From Octopus sinensis (lineage: Eukaryota), in NCBI RefSeq assembly GCF_006345805.1, contig NC_043001.1, positions 5,456,001 to 5,520,000 of the forward strand: a DNA stretch of 64,000 bases, given 5' to 3'. The notes under the pieces are model-generated. The model was not told the origin of the DNA. It did not search any database and saw only the letters and a program-made list of their open reading frames with translations. A program made the position numbers and the translations under genes. Below are positions 39,915 to 52,692 of the stretch, piece by piece (the stretch's first letter is position 1; every line of letters begins with the position of its first letter).

Positions 39915-40456
39915 AGCTTGTAGTGCTTAGTTTCGTCATCTGACGTTCTGATTTCAAATCCTGCTCAGGTAAACGTATGTGTATACCTTTCTGGAATCGA
40001 TAAAAGAATGATCCTAAGAACACGGAGTGGATTTGCGGTAAGGCGTTTGCATTCCAACAATCTGATTCTGGGTTCAGTCCCACTGCGAGACACCTTCAGC
40101 AATGTCTGCTACTATGAGTTCGGTCGACCAAACCTTGTCAGAAAGAAAGAAAAGACGGTCGTATGCATATGTATCTAGTGTGTGTGTGTGTCTGTGTGTA
40201 TGTGTGCTTCTGCGCGAGCATGTGCATTTGTGCGTACATAGGTGTGTGTATGCATGTGTGTGCATGCGCGCGCGCGTGTGTGTGCATCTGCAACCCTCGA
40301 ATGACTAACGATGTTGCTGTGTGTAAGTCCACGTATCTTAGAGCTTCCGTAAGAGAGATTGACACAAAAAGGGCTTCAATCATTCGATAAAATTTCTTGA
40401 AGACATTGCTCCAGCATGGTCTCTGTATAATGTCTGAAACAAGTAAAGAATAAAAG
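39915..40456 (+). mobile_element. Family C SINE fragment (39915-40015) followed by a diverged family A SINE (40024-40456)
   Basis: Head ggagtggatttgcggtaagg...ctgggttcagtcccactgcg and tail ctccagcatgg...ctgaaacaagtaaag. Confidence 0.75.
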
Positions 40457-41485
40457 TGTAAATAAATGCATAAATGTTACTGATTTGGAATCAGTTTTTA
40501 TATTAAATGAGTTCATGCTTTTCGAAGAGAGAACTAATAATGCTTGTAGGAAGATTTATTCCTAGTTCACATCCAGCTCGAGTTCATTTTGTCCTTCCTC
40601 GGTTGAAAAAGGGAAAAAAAGCAATAGAAGTTGGATATTGGGTCTATGCACCCCTATGTAACTAGCACAACAGAAGATTCTACTCGGTGGACAATGTCCA
40701 CAAGAATGGCTTTCGAATAAAATACGATTAAAAGTGGCATTATTGTCAATGAACTGATAGAAATGGATTAGACGCGTTGCATTTTCGTGTAGTTTGCCAT
40801 GTAAACCACAAATTCCCAATATTTAGTCGAGTGAAACAAGACCGAAGTCAGAGGTTTTTGGGGTTTTTTTTCTAGTTTCAGCTCAGATTTGCGGCCATGC
40901 TGATGCACCGCCGTTGAACATTCAAACGCAAATGTATCTTTCAAGGATCGGAGAAGTCAATTGTATAAGTGAAAATCGATTCGTCCAATTAATGGTAAAG
41001 AATACAATTCAAAGCGCTTATCGTATATCAATAATATATGAATAACCAGATTCCTTCAGATATCATGCTTATATTTTCCGAATGTTTAACAAATCAATTT
41101 TAATGGGTAATTGGAATGAAAGCTAAAGGAGTGTTGGGATTGTGTGAGAGAATGTTATAACAGGTAGTGTTTCTAAAGTTTATAAATCATAATTGAATAT
41201 CTGACAGGAATTGCCTGGATTTTCCAAAGACGTCAGTGTTTTTCTATTCAAAAGGCAGTGGAACATTCAGATCCTACGTAGAATAAGTAGAGATATATCT
41301 TATATCTTACACGCAGTTTTTGGTAGCTTGCCACAAAATATACTATTGTGATATGCATCGGATGTTTAAATAACGGGGGTTCAATTAACGAAGATCTAAT
41401 AGCGGGAATTGTTGACTTGTTCATTTGATAATAGAAGGTGAGTCTTAGTAAATAAATAGGATATGTTTTGTTTATTTCAGAACCC

Positions 41486-41529
<44 letters not shown>

Positions 41530-41939
41530 CAGTAATTTACAGCATCAACTTGCCGAGCAATTAAAAGAACTGATCAGAAAAATTATTGATTACGCATGTG
41601 CAGTGAGAATGATTCTTGGTAATGGATATGATACTCATTTTGGGGCACGTGCCTTAAGAATAAAACGAAATGTTATGAGTGAGTAGTGAAAAGACAAAGG
41701 GGAGAGAATATTATATTTCTATCGCTTTATACCATTCGTAGAAGATGATAGATTGGAAGGCATCAGGAAATGGAAATATTTCACATCGATGAAAATAAGC
41801 AGACATATATGCCTGTGTTAAAGAAAGAAGGCGAATGGAAATTTGGTAAATGTAATTTCATGCGTTCTAAATCCCACGGTTTTTGGTCGAATTTGTATAT
41901 AGTTCGTCATACGCCGAAAGCTTATAAGCTTCATCTGCG

Positions 41940-42230
41940 CCCCACACTTATTAAACAAGGGAATTGCAGTCTGGAGAGTGAAGTGGCCAGTTGCTAAGCG
42001 TGATATGGTGGCAGAAATTGTCTGCCATGACTGTGTTCTCGTGTTTATGAGGGAAGGTGCAGAGTCCTTTTGCCAAACATAAGGTCTTCCAGCAGCACTA
42101 TCTCCTCCAGCCACTTGATGTTGGCCTCTTGATTCTGAGGCCTTGTGGGAAGATGAATGGACGCATAATGTCGTGATCACTAGTGGTCACTACAAACACC
42201 ATGTTTTGACTGGATGTTTCATTTTTTATC
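41940..42230 (-). mobile_element. maT-type (DD37D) mariner-like transposase remnant
   Basis: Minus-strand KHPV..., AAGRPYVWQKDSAPS (second catalytic D) and the following WPP.SPD-like region, across frameshifts. Confidence 0.75.
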
Positions 42231-43159
42231 ATTCTGCACACGTCCTCGCATTGCATTGTCCTTAGGTTGACGACCAAACACTCTGAAATGTTCGCATAGG
42301 AGATTCCGGCGCGAATACCAAACAGTACACCATGTCGTTTCCAAATTTCTGGTAGAATACATTACTTCATGTTACTGTTTCTTCTCATAAATGGTGCCCA
42401 GCTGAGCCTACCATTCTGTGAAGTCAAAAAAACCATGAACAAACATTCGCATAGCCGAAATATAAAAAATATAAAATGGTGACAATTTACCCATCGCACT
42501 CTGTATATATATCATAAATATAAATTCATAAATATAATATATTACCCACAGGCACACGCACACACACGAATTTGTTTTCACGTGGTACACTTATATTTTC
42601 AGATAAGAATGATAACAATTACCTATAGAAGTATTATTTGTAATATGTAGATCAGAATGTGCAACAGAATTTTTGTAAATATACAATAAAATGCTTCAAA
42701 ATATTTTGCCAGTCAACATATCCGCCATGCTGCTTTCGATTTCGTTTCGACACTTGATCTCAGATCAAAACATTTACTATGAAATTACATCTCCATAAAT
42801 ACAATATATTCTTTGTTCATTAAATTTGTTAAACCTTTATTTTCTCTTATTTCTAACACCGTAACATACTATCTTTTTCTATATTTATTGCACATTACTT
42901 GTATCTTGATATCTATTGAATTAATTCAATACGTCAATTTGATCATATGCCTTCGGACACCAGATTGAACCTTAATGCAGTGAATCGAGGTGCATCTACA
43001 GATTTCCTTCAGCTTCCAAATAAATATTATATTAGTCTTTTTGGAGCAAATATGTTAAATCTTTTGAGGATTACACACAATTACGCACACCACTCTGCAA
43101 TTGTTATTGCGTCCTGTTATTTATCGATTCTGGGTTTTTTTCGTCGTATCTCAATTTTC

Positions 43160-43280
43160 TTTCCTCTCACTCGTTTCTGTCGAAGAGCGTAGGCTCGAAA
43201 TGTCAAAAACTAATACATTCTTCCCGAGCGTTAATCTACTACACCTGATTGTTGTTCCTTCACCTGTCATCGTCTTTCTT
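43160..43280 (+). repeat. Diverged family H1 repeat with a hammerhead-like motif
   Basis: CTGTCGA-A-GAGC(GTAG)GCTC-GAAA-TGT...AGCGTT at 43177-43232; core position A6 is changed to U. Confidence 0.55.
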
Positions 43281-43611
43281 TTTCTGTAAATTTGAAACAT
43301 ATATAAATATATATTAACGATAGTAATAATATGACAACAAAAGAATAAATGAGACCTCGATATTATGTAAAGAGAAGAATTTAACTATAAAGATAAAATA
43401 TAGGACAATCAGTTAGTTGTCATAATAATACTCAGAGTTTCAAATGTCGGGGCTAAAAGACATCCTCATCAGTTATTAAAACAAAAACACTATGTTGTTA
43501 CGAGGAATTTTGTTGATAGCGTTTATGTTTTAATTCTGAGTATTATTAAGATAACTAACTGGTGGTCCTATATTATATGTATATATGTATATATTTATAT
43601 ATATAAATATA

Positions 43612-43676
<65 letters not shown>

Positions 43677-43769
43677 TATACATATATGTATATATGCGTG
43701 TGTGTGAGTGTATATGCGCGTGTGTACACTCATAATTATTCGTAGATTTGATAGATAAGTAGTCAGATT

Positions 43770-43878
<109 letters not shown>

Positions 43879-44534
43879 GCAGGAGTAGGAGAAATTGAAG
43901 ATTTAAATGAGAATTTCTATGAAAAGTTAGTAAAATCAGGCTGCTTGACAGACAGCGGGATGAAACATTTCACAGACATAAGAAGCAAGAATACGCAAAG
44001 TTAATGAGAATAAAATGGAGAGACAAAATTGGATGGAATTATCTGGTTTTGATAAGCTGCCGGATTATTTCAGTGAATTAAGTAAGCAATATCAGTGATA
44101 AAGTAATATAATGAAGCCTGCTTACTCCTGGTTATCTTGTTCATTACTGTCACCAGACATTATTATTATCAGCATCATAATTATCATTACCATTATCTTC
44201 TGACATTCTTTTAGATATCATGATAACTGTAATTCTATAGAAATAGTAATGATAAGTATATTACTATTAAATCTAGTCTAAGATATGTGACGTAGAGAAA
44301 AAATATCGGTGCCAGTATAACTGTCTTCTAGAGATGTATTCTTGGGAACTGTGTGGCAGAGGTTTCGATCCTTTGGCACAACTTGGACAAATTTTTCCTG
44401 TTCTTCGACTGCGCATTAATGATCCCGAAATTTGACGGAATAGAATGTTGGAGCTCTTTGAGGAGTACTCTATTTCACTACTCTTAGTTATTTCATGAAG
44501 AGGCATAGTTTAATGGCTATGTTGCTCGGTTCCT

Positions 44535-44951
44535 AAGGCGGTGAGCTGGCAGAATCGTTAGCACGCCAGGTGAAATGCGTAGCCGTATTTCGTCTGCCGC
44601 TACATTCTGAGTTCAAATTCCACCGAGGTCGACTTTGCCTTTCATCCTTTCGGATTCGATTACATAAGTACCAGTTACGCACTGGGGTCGATATAATCGA
44701 TTTAATCCGTTTGTCTGTCCGTGTTTGCCCTCTCTGTGTTTAGCCCCTTGTGGGTAGTAAAGAAATAGGTATTTCGTCTGCCGCTACGATCTGAGTTCAA
44801 ATTCCACCGAGGTCGACTTTGCCTTTCATCCTTTCGGATTCGATTAAATAAGTACCAGTTACGCACTGGGGTCGATATAATCGATTTAATCCGTCTGTCT
44901 GTCCGTGTTTGTCCTCTCTGTGTTTAGCCCCTTGTGGGTAGTAAAGAAATA
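44535..44951 (+). mobile_element. Family C SINE tandem dimer with a 17-bp target-site duplication
   Basis: Full unit 44535-44767, 5'-truncated second unit 44768-44951. Flanks tatgttgctcggttcct (44518-44534) and tatgctgctcggttcct (44952-44968). Confidence 0.92.
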
Positions 44952-45029
44952 TATGCTGCTCGGTTCCTGATTATAACGTCGTCACTTTAATTGACAGTAG
45001 TGCACTGTCCCCTTTAGAAATACAATCTA

Positions 45030-45235
45030 TTTCACGTCACTCCAGTAAATGCCGCTGGTAAAGATGAACTCTACCTGTAATTCAATGGACCAGCTTTGTC
45101 ACAGTATGTGTTATGTTGAATCTCCCTGAGAACAACATGAAGTGTACACGTCTCTGTAAAATGTCCAGCCAGTTGCACGTAAATCTCACATGCAGGCTTC
45201 TCCTTGGATCTCATAAACTGGAACCCTCATCGTCA
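45030..45235 (+). mobile_element. Family B SINE 3' part, diverged
   Basis: Similar to 60740-60905 (ttgtcac...tgaatctccctgagaac...gtacacgtctctgt...ttgcacgt). Confidence 0.6.
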
Positions 45236-45524
45236 TAGCTGTAGTTATTTCAAAATAATTCTACAGTTTCTCAGAAATCTGGCATCTTCACCAAAACATT
45301 CTACGCAGCATATTTGTAAGGATCCCAAGTACTTTTCGCTTCAATTTTCTTTGGCTTGAAATGATCCCCGCCTTTATTATCCAAACATGAATATTTGTCA
45401 CCAGCAAATCGATATTGTTTTGCGGGTTGAAATGGCAGCATTACTGGAAGAATACGTTGTCTCAGCTACACTTAAATGCAACCAGTGCAACTGCTTCCTG
45501 GTGAAGACGTTTGTCTAACCGGAA

Positions 45525-46003
45525 ATGGCGTGGCGTTAACGTTAGTAGCTTGCTTCCCAATCCCCTGGTCTCTCGGTTCAGTTTCATTACGTCACACATT
45601 CGGTATCTTCTTCTAAAGCCTCATGCCAAATAATGTCTTGCGAACGGATTTGGTAGGAAACTGAAAGACGCTTGCCGCATATATCTATGTGCGTAGGTGT
45701 GCGTGTGTGTTGCGTGTATATGTATGACTGCGCGAGTTTGTGTGCGATTGTGTGGTACGTGTGAAGGTGGGGGATTGCGTGTATGATTGTGTGTGTCGTT
45801 GGTCCTCTGCTCCGCAGCACGGCTTGGCAATTGAGGCTGGTGCGTTTACATCCCTGTAACTTAGCTTTCCATTGAAAAAGAACAATAGCAATAGTTCAAG
45901 GCTTTAACAAATAATTAGTGGTATCGATTTGTTTGACTAAAGGAAATTCTCCGAGGCAGTGCCCCAGCATGGACGTAATCTAATTACTAAGAAAGAATAA
46001 AGA
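45525..46003 (+). mobile_element. Family A SINE, diverged
   Basis: Head, core and tail (gtgccccagcatgg) all recognisable. Confidence 0.7.
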
Positions 46004-46329
46004 TACAAATATTTTCGATTTGTCCGTAAATGAGAATTTACAATCCAATTAAGTCAATCGTCCAGCTTTTACTTCCCTTCTTCAAATGTGGTTCCTATTC
46101 CTCTCTTATAACAAAGCAAATCAGCTTCCAGATGTTTCAGAGGAGCAACACGCAGAAGGAACTTATACTGGTTGCTTACTCAGCCCTGTTATATCGGAAT
46201 TAGAGTTCAGAATTCGTCGTAGTTGTGTTTGGCTTCATCTCGTCTCCGATTATTTATTACATTCTTTACTGAACGCTTCCTTTATGTCGTTGATGACATT
46301 GAAAACCATTCCTGGGATAGAAGACTTGA

Positions 46330-46560
46330 TGGAATAGACAGACAATATGGCACTCTTGGTTGCAGCATGCGATCGAATGTGTCGTGACTTTCTCTCCTAA
46401 CATATGATTTCCTCTTTTGCTCTTCTGAGGGATTCGCATTTATAGGTTCCGTTGGTGATGGAACGCCACAATTTTCTACCGGCAGGGGTTGTGTTTCAGA
46501 CGATTTAGGCTCAATTCCTATGGCCTGTAATTAATCTAGCAGTACATGGCATACACCGAC
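46330..46560 (-). mobile_element. Degenerate RTE-like LINE 3' end
   Basis: Minus-strand QAIGIEPKS.../RKLWRSITNGTYKCESLRRAKEE..ERK resembles the RTE C-terminal GI....WE..A.DR..WR...RK pattern. Confidence 0.45.
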
Positions 46561-46758
46561 CTGTATATTTTCCTTTGTTTATTTAGAGAACTATAAAAAA
46601 ACTTCAGTTACATCAGTAGATGATTGTGGCAATATTTGCATTGATTCATCTAACATTTACTTAAACACAACTCCTCGGCTATTAAAACACACCGTGTTAT
46701 ATATGTAATAAAACTTTCAGTAAACATATCCATAGTATGTTCATATATGTATATATAT

Positions 46759-46789
<31 letters not shown>

Positions 46790-47319
46790 GTATTATTTTG
46801 TATTTTTTCGAGAATATTCCTAGCACTGTATATCCAAATTCTATTATGTTTAACCTTCAAATGAAAACAGACTTTATTTCACTGTGAAAATCCATAAGAA
46901 TGGTGTGAAATATTTCTGTTCGATGGACGATTGAGGAACAGAATATGTCTTTTTGCAGAATCCACAAAAAAAAAACGTAGCCAATAAATACTCGCCAACG
47001 TGGTTTCATGTATTCGATGGAAGCATTTATGGAAATATTTTCCCTTTCTCTTCAAATGTTGGAAAGCATAACATAATAACAGAATAATGTTAACACCTCA
47101 CGATTCGCGAATATACACTCACACCTTATATATGGGATTGTGTTTGGATGTGGGGTTTGTGTGTGTTTCTGTGTTCTTGTGTTTGTGTGCGTGTTTCGTA
47201 ATGCAGACAGGAAATATAGAACTGTAAACATAAGTATTTTTATAGTTTTATTAATGTTTAGCAGAAAAAACTGAGTGATTGAAGGAACGGGATTTTCGTG
47301 TGTTTCCATTTATCAAACT

Positions 47320-47950
47320 ATTAGCAAGTTCCGAAAAGTTTTGAAGTGTGCTCGATGCACTTTCTGCGAAACACCAATGATCTTTTCTCTTAACAAATAG
47401 TCACTTGTGACGAAAATTGGATTCTTTCTGATAACCATAAACGATCACGTCAATGTCTTGATCGTGATGAGTGCCCCAAATATTTTCCCAAAGCCGAAGA
47501 TGTCTGGTTATTTGCAACTAGTGTTGTCTGCTACAGTTTTCTGGAAACCACTCAGAGCATTACTGAAGAGGTTTACTGCAATCAACTCACTGAAACGCAT
47601 TTTCACTTGCAAGAAATGAGACCTGCATTGGTGAATCGGCGTGGTTCAATTCTGCTCCCCGATAATGCAAAACCACATGTTGCAAGAATGAAGCTACAGA
47701 AACTCACATACTTGGAATACGAGAATTTAGCCCATCCTCCATATTCTCCTGATGTTTCACCCACTGACTACCATTTTTGTAAGTGTTTAAACACGTTTTA
47801 AGTGAGAAAGCTTTCATGTTCAAACCAGATGCGAAATCAGCTTTCAAAGATTTTTTAGCATCAAAGCCAATAAATTTGTTATCAACGAGGTATAAATAAT
47901 CACGTTGATCGATGGATGAGATGCATAGATGTACATATTTTGACTAATAA
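47320..47950 (+). pseudogene. Mariner (DD34D) transposase catalytic-domain pseudogene
   Basis: IVTCDENWI, ILLPDNAKPHVA and HPPYSPDVSPTDYHF motifs give the D,D34D triad. There is an internal deletion plus frameshifts. Confidence 0.93.
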
Positions 47951-48082
47951 AAACAATTTTTTGTTAATTCTGCCAGAATAAACTTATTTTTCTGAAATCG
48001 GCCATTATTTTCGGATGATGCAGACCGAGAGATTTGTATCTATATGTATGTGTGTATGTGTGTGTGTGTAATATGTGTGTGT

Positions 48083-48174
<92 letters not shown>

Positions 48175-48179
48175 AATTT

Positions 48180-48360
48180 ACAAGTTGATGAAAATAGATA
48201 GGAAAAAAGCTGAACACGAGGATTTGGTACATGCAAGGTATTGATAAGACGCTCAGAGAAGGAATGAAAGGCTGTTTTACGTTTCGAGCAGAGCTCTTCT
48301 TCAGCAACAGGAAGCAGAGGAAATTCCGAAAGAAAATGTAAAAATCTTCACCCGTCCACA
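48180..48360 (-). mobile_element. Family H1 repeat with an intact hammerhead core, ending at (TA)n
   Basis: Reverse complement tgttg-CTGAAGA-A-GAGC(TCT)GCTC-GAAA-CGT...AGCGTC; colinear with 1395-1537. Confidence 0.65.
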
Positions 48361-49084
48361 TGTTGATACATAGATATATGCATATCTGTGTGCGGGGATC
48401 AGTTCCACCATGGTTCTAATAAATACATTCAAATGTTTTAATGCCGAGCCCTGTAGTCTACTCGAGTTTATAACGTCTCTATTTAATTTAATTTAATTCA
48501 TAACATTATCATCTTTGACATAAATATGGAATATTCTGAGATATTTTGAAATTGAACCTTCACATTAATCCAATAATGTTTGACAATGGATGTCTTTCCA
48601 TTTGAAATATTCTGTCGCCTCTTATTGGCATAAATGTTTCTATGATAACATTTATGGCTATCATTTATTTTCCTTTAAAGAATTTTTCAAGAAATATATA
48701 ATTCCTGAAACTATAATTTAGTTTCCGCAAATTACGTAGACTACTTTACTTACTCATTATTATTAGTAAAACTATGCTAATTTAATTATCTTCTCTTTGT
48801 GTCTTAACTCCATATTAGCTTCGATTGATTTTTCCTTTCCATTTCCAGCGTTGTGTCGTGTTGTGTTAATCTGTCCGCAATAAGTTTTATCGGAATCACA
48901 GTCCTGCGAAATGGCGTCGTGTACCTTATGTTTGAATCTCTTTGTCGTTTTATTCATTCAACTGCGGCTATGACGAGGTTCAAAAGAAATCGACATATTC
49001 TTGAATGTACTGTATCAATCCCTTTTCCGAACCACTAGCTCTCGAGAGGTGAGTGGGACCCATATACAGACACAGAGACACGTG

Positions 49085-49200
49085 CAGTTTCCACGTACCA
49101 AATTTACTCACAAATGTAGTAAAAGATACGAGACTGCGATGCCTTACAATGTATCGAAACCCACAACCAAGTGGTTGCAAAGAGAGTATCCTCACACATA
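49085..49200 (-). mobile_element. Family A SINE head fragment, strongly diverged
   Basis: Reverse complement resembles ...gcaaccacttggttgtgggtttcgat... and ttgtgagtaaatttggtacgtggaaactg. Confidence 0.5.
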
Positions 49201-49589
49201 GCTATGCCTGCGCATATCTATGCAACACGTTTTGAATATGCACACGGTCTCCACTTATGGAAACAAACAGAAAATAAGCGGAAAATATATTCGGTCTCTG
49301 TGTAATTATTATTTTCTTAATATCTCATTTAAAGGTGTCACAGTCAACCACGGAAACATAGGCAAGCAGTGACAGGAAAAAAAGGGGAATGTCATACTTA
49401 TATGTTTGGTATACTTTTTGCAGAAACTCTTGTTCGGTGCGGTTCGTAGAGCATCTTTTTATAAGTATTATAGACCTGTTCGATTAGAAATATTAATGCG
49501 TCCAATAATATCACTAAGTGGGAATTTATGCTAGGCTGGTAGCAAATTGATTTCAAATTTGGTAAAATGTCTGAAATTTCAGGAGAAAT

Positions 49590-49755
49590 TTCAATCGTTT
49601 ATATTGACGCCATTTTTCTCCTGTGCGTATTTTATCGACTCCAAAGATTGAAAGGCAATCCGATCTCGGTGGAGATTGATCTCAGAACGCGAAAATAGAC
49701 GATATACCGCTAATCATTTTGACCGGCGCGCTATCTACTCTGCTAGCTCATTGCC
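49590..49755 (-). mobile_element. Family C SINE, diverged
   Basis: gatttgaactcagaac-like and ataccgctaatcattt..ccggcgcgcta segments. Confidence 0.6.
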
Positions 49756-51126
49756 CTAATAGAATGTTAGCATATTAAACCAAGAAAAATGCTTGTCTAA
49801 TATTTTACATTAATCAAAAATCGTGTGATTAATGCCCAAGTAGCTCGTTATTGCTTTTGAATTAAGAAGTTCATAAGCCAGAGACATACTAGAAGGGATT
49901 TGTATAGCTTTGAGTTTAATAATCATGGCTGGAGCAACGAGTCATATGCTCCTTACATAATTCCAGCTCTTTAATCATAAATGCAGCGCAACATATTTAG
50001 TTTCATTAAGAGGCCTTACTCTATTTTCCGTTATTGCGAAACAAACGAAAGAATGAAAATATCCCGTCACCTTCAAGTGATGTCTGGATAACTTTCTTCA
50101 AAATATGACAGAGAAGTGTCCTATAAATTGATATATCTCAGTCAACAACAACTCCCAAATTGAAAGTGCTTTGATGGTACAACAGTACTTAGGAGTTTCT
50201 TTCGGGTGATGCTACAAATTCTGACACAGCCTGAGACAATTCTATTTCGAATATTTGTTTAATTTTATGTAAGTTTATCAGGATTATGCACATTGTCTTA
50301 GCGTTACAATCCTATCAAATCACGTAGAGCAATAATACTATGAACCTCACAAGACTTCCTTGCTATTGGTTTTAATAGGAAGGGAGTAACAAAAAAAGAG
50401 TTCACAGGTAAAGAAATAAAAAGCTGAGATGGAAATAAACTGTCAAGTTATTCTCAACGCTATAAAATTCATAATGAAAAGTTCTTGTTTTAAAACTATT
50501 GCTGCATTGTGTTGACACAGCTGGAAAACCAACTAATTATCTTCAATTCGCTCACAGTTAAGAAAAGTATTTCGTTGTGTTTCTAAAAATATCTGCCGCA
50601 TTAGCTTTGTGAAGCGAAGTAGTTTTATTTTTTCGGGGGGCATAGTAAAAATTCTCCACTTCCCAAAAGTTCATGCAACTTTATATAATAATATTGGGTA
50701 CTTTATTTTTTACATTTAAATATGAGAAAAAAAATGTTTTGTTTATTTACCTTCATCGAAGGAAAAATAAACAGCGACAGACTGTCATTTTGTCTCATTT
50801 AGTATGTATTTCATAAAATATTATATATTGTATATTGTTTTGTTTCTGCGAGGAATTTTCTATTGTGGATATTATATTCACGCGCTTATCCTACCATAGA
50901 AAAAAATTTGTTAAAAAATTAAATATATTAACTTAAAACAGATAAAATAATATATCTTACATAACACTCTCTTCGTGCACTTTAAAATATACTGAATTTG
51001 GAATAGAAAAAAAAACAATTATACACAACCAGAAAAACGGATACATAGTTACATAGATATCTTCTCACACACGCGCGCAAACACACAGGGATACATAAAT
51101 ATAATAAATACATATATACATATGAT

Positions 51127-51600
51127 TGAATAAGAGGCAACTACTCCGAAATGCTTGCATCTCACAGTCCGTATAGATGGTGTTGCGTTCTGATTTAGGT
51201 GTATTCACGCCATTTGTCTACCGTAAAAAATTTTCTTCTTGGCAAAATACAGTGAATGGCTTGCTTAACAATTCCAGTATGCCACTATCATATTTAAAGT
51301 GGTAATAATATTGCATTTATACACACCACTACTTTGCGCTTCCATCCCATAATTTGCTTACGATGAACAACCGATTAGCGCTCCATCTCATCGCAATATC
51401 ACTGGAATAACATGAGAGAAAATCTCACTTATCAGCTCGTAGCACCCCCGTCTAGTGTCTGTGACTGAAGAGTAGATAACCACTCCGAAATGCATGCATC
51501 TCACAGTCTGGATAGGTGGCGCTGCGAGCTGGCCGAGCTGTATTTACAATTATTTACTGCATGACAAATGACAGTGATTGGCTTGCTTACGAGTTCCAAT
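51127..51600 (+). repeat. Diverged tandem repeat with a 339-nt period, bounded by hammerhead motifs (retrozyme/pLTR-like)
   Basis: actccgaaatgc(t/a)tgcatctcacagtc occurs at ~51143-51169 and ~51482-51508. Similarity continues downstream (acagtga(a/t)tggcttgctta in both units). Confidence 0.75.
51459..51506 (+). ncRNA. Minimal type I hammerhead ribozyme motif (family H4)
   Basis: Helix I CUGUGA/UCACAG (6 bp), core CUGAAGA (51465-51471), helix II GUAG/CUCC (3 of 4 pairs), GAAA (51487-51490), helix III within the perfect palindrome AUGCAUGCAU, cleavage triplet AUC (cut after 51500). Confidence 0.75.
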
Positions 51601-51724
51601 TGATAAGATTTATTTGCTCTTTTGAAGCGTCATTTGAAAGCTAAACCAATGCGAAGCGCATTGTGACCAGCCATGTGTAGTAACATATGATAGCCTGCTC
51701 GCTCACGGTGATCACGGTGATATA

Positions 51725-51768
<44 letters not shown>

Positions 51769-51778
51769 TATGTATATG

Positions 51779-51819
<41 letters not shown>

Positions 51820-51930
51820 GAATATGCATATGCATATATATATATATATAATAATAAATATTAGGGAATGAATCCAAAATTACAGGGAAAAATCAGATTT
51901 AGGGTTAAATCCAATTTTATAGTAAAATAT

Positions 51931-52222
51931 TATATAATATAATTCGAGACAAAACCACTATTTTAAAACCAAACAAGGAAAGACTTAATCAATGCATAAA
52001 ATTTTAATATAAATTAAATAAACCGCCACTACAATTGTTTCATGTCTGCTACCGACAATCTTCAGGTGGATTTTCGATCTAAAAATATCAATATTTTAAA
52101 ATATAATTTAAAATAATTTAAAATAATAAAATAATAAAATAATAAAATTATCAATGAAAGAATATAAAAATAAAAATATATAATCTATATATAATCTATA
52201 TATAATCTATATATAATCAATA
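51931..52222 (-). repeat. Left arm of a 292-bp inverted repeat (Penelope-like pLTR), containing a hammerhead on the minus strand (52026-52069)
   Basis: Reverse complement of 53462-53753; I found only 2 mismatches by eye. Confidence 0.92.
52026..52069 (-). ncRNA. Identical minimal hammerhead motif on the minus strand (family H3)
   Basis: Exact reverse complement of 53615-53658. Confidence 0.8.
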
Positions 52223-52692
52223 TATAATCTAAAATAATCTAAAATAAACCCTATAAACAATTGAATATAAAAAAACCTATTATAAAAGTTCTCATATTTA
52301 AAAATGTACAAAGACCAAAAAACAAAAAACAACAAGCAAAAAACAAAAACCAAAAAATAAAAAACAAAAAACAAAAAATAAACTATATATACACACACAT
52401 GCTCATACACTCAACACATTACTTATTCATACTTCCTCACACACACATACAACACTCATTCATAAACAATATACATATACCCGCTCACACATACATATAC
52501 ATACACATAAATACAGAACACGATATATACCAATATATAAACACCCACACCCATACAGATAAATAAATTACGCAAACAATCACACACACCCACACAAACA
52601 TTCACACATACATAAACGCTCAAAAGAAAACCGAACAATTCTTTGCACGTGGATATCAAACGTTTTAAAAAAATTATGAATGGAAAAGAAAT

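Noticed and set aside
44273-44506. 77-aa minus ORF or possible exon
   Set aside because: No recognisable domain and no convincing splice pair.
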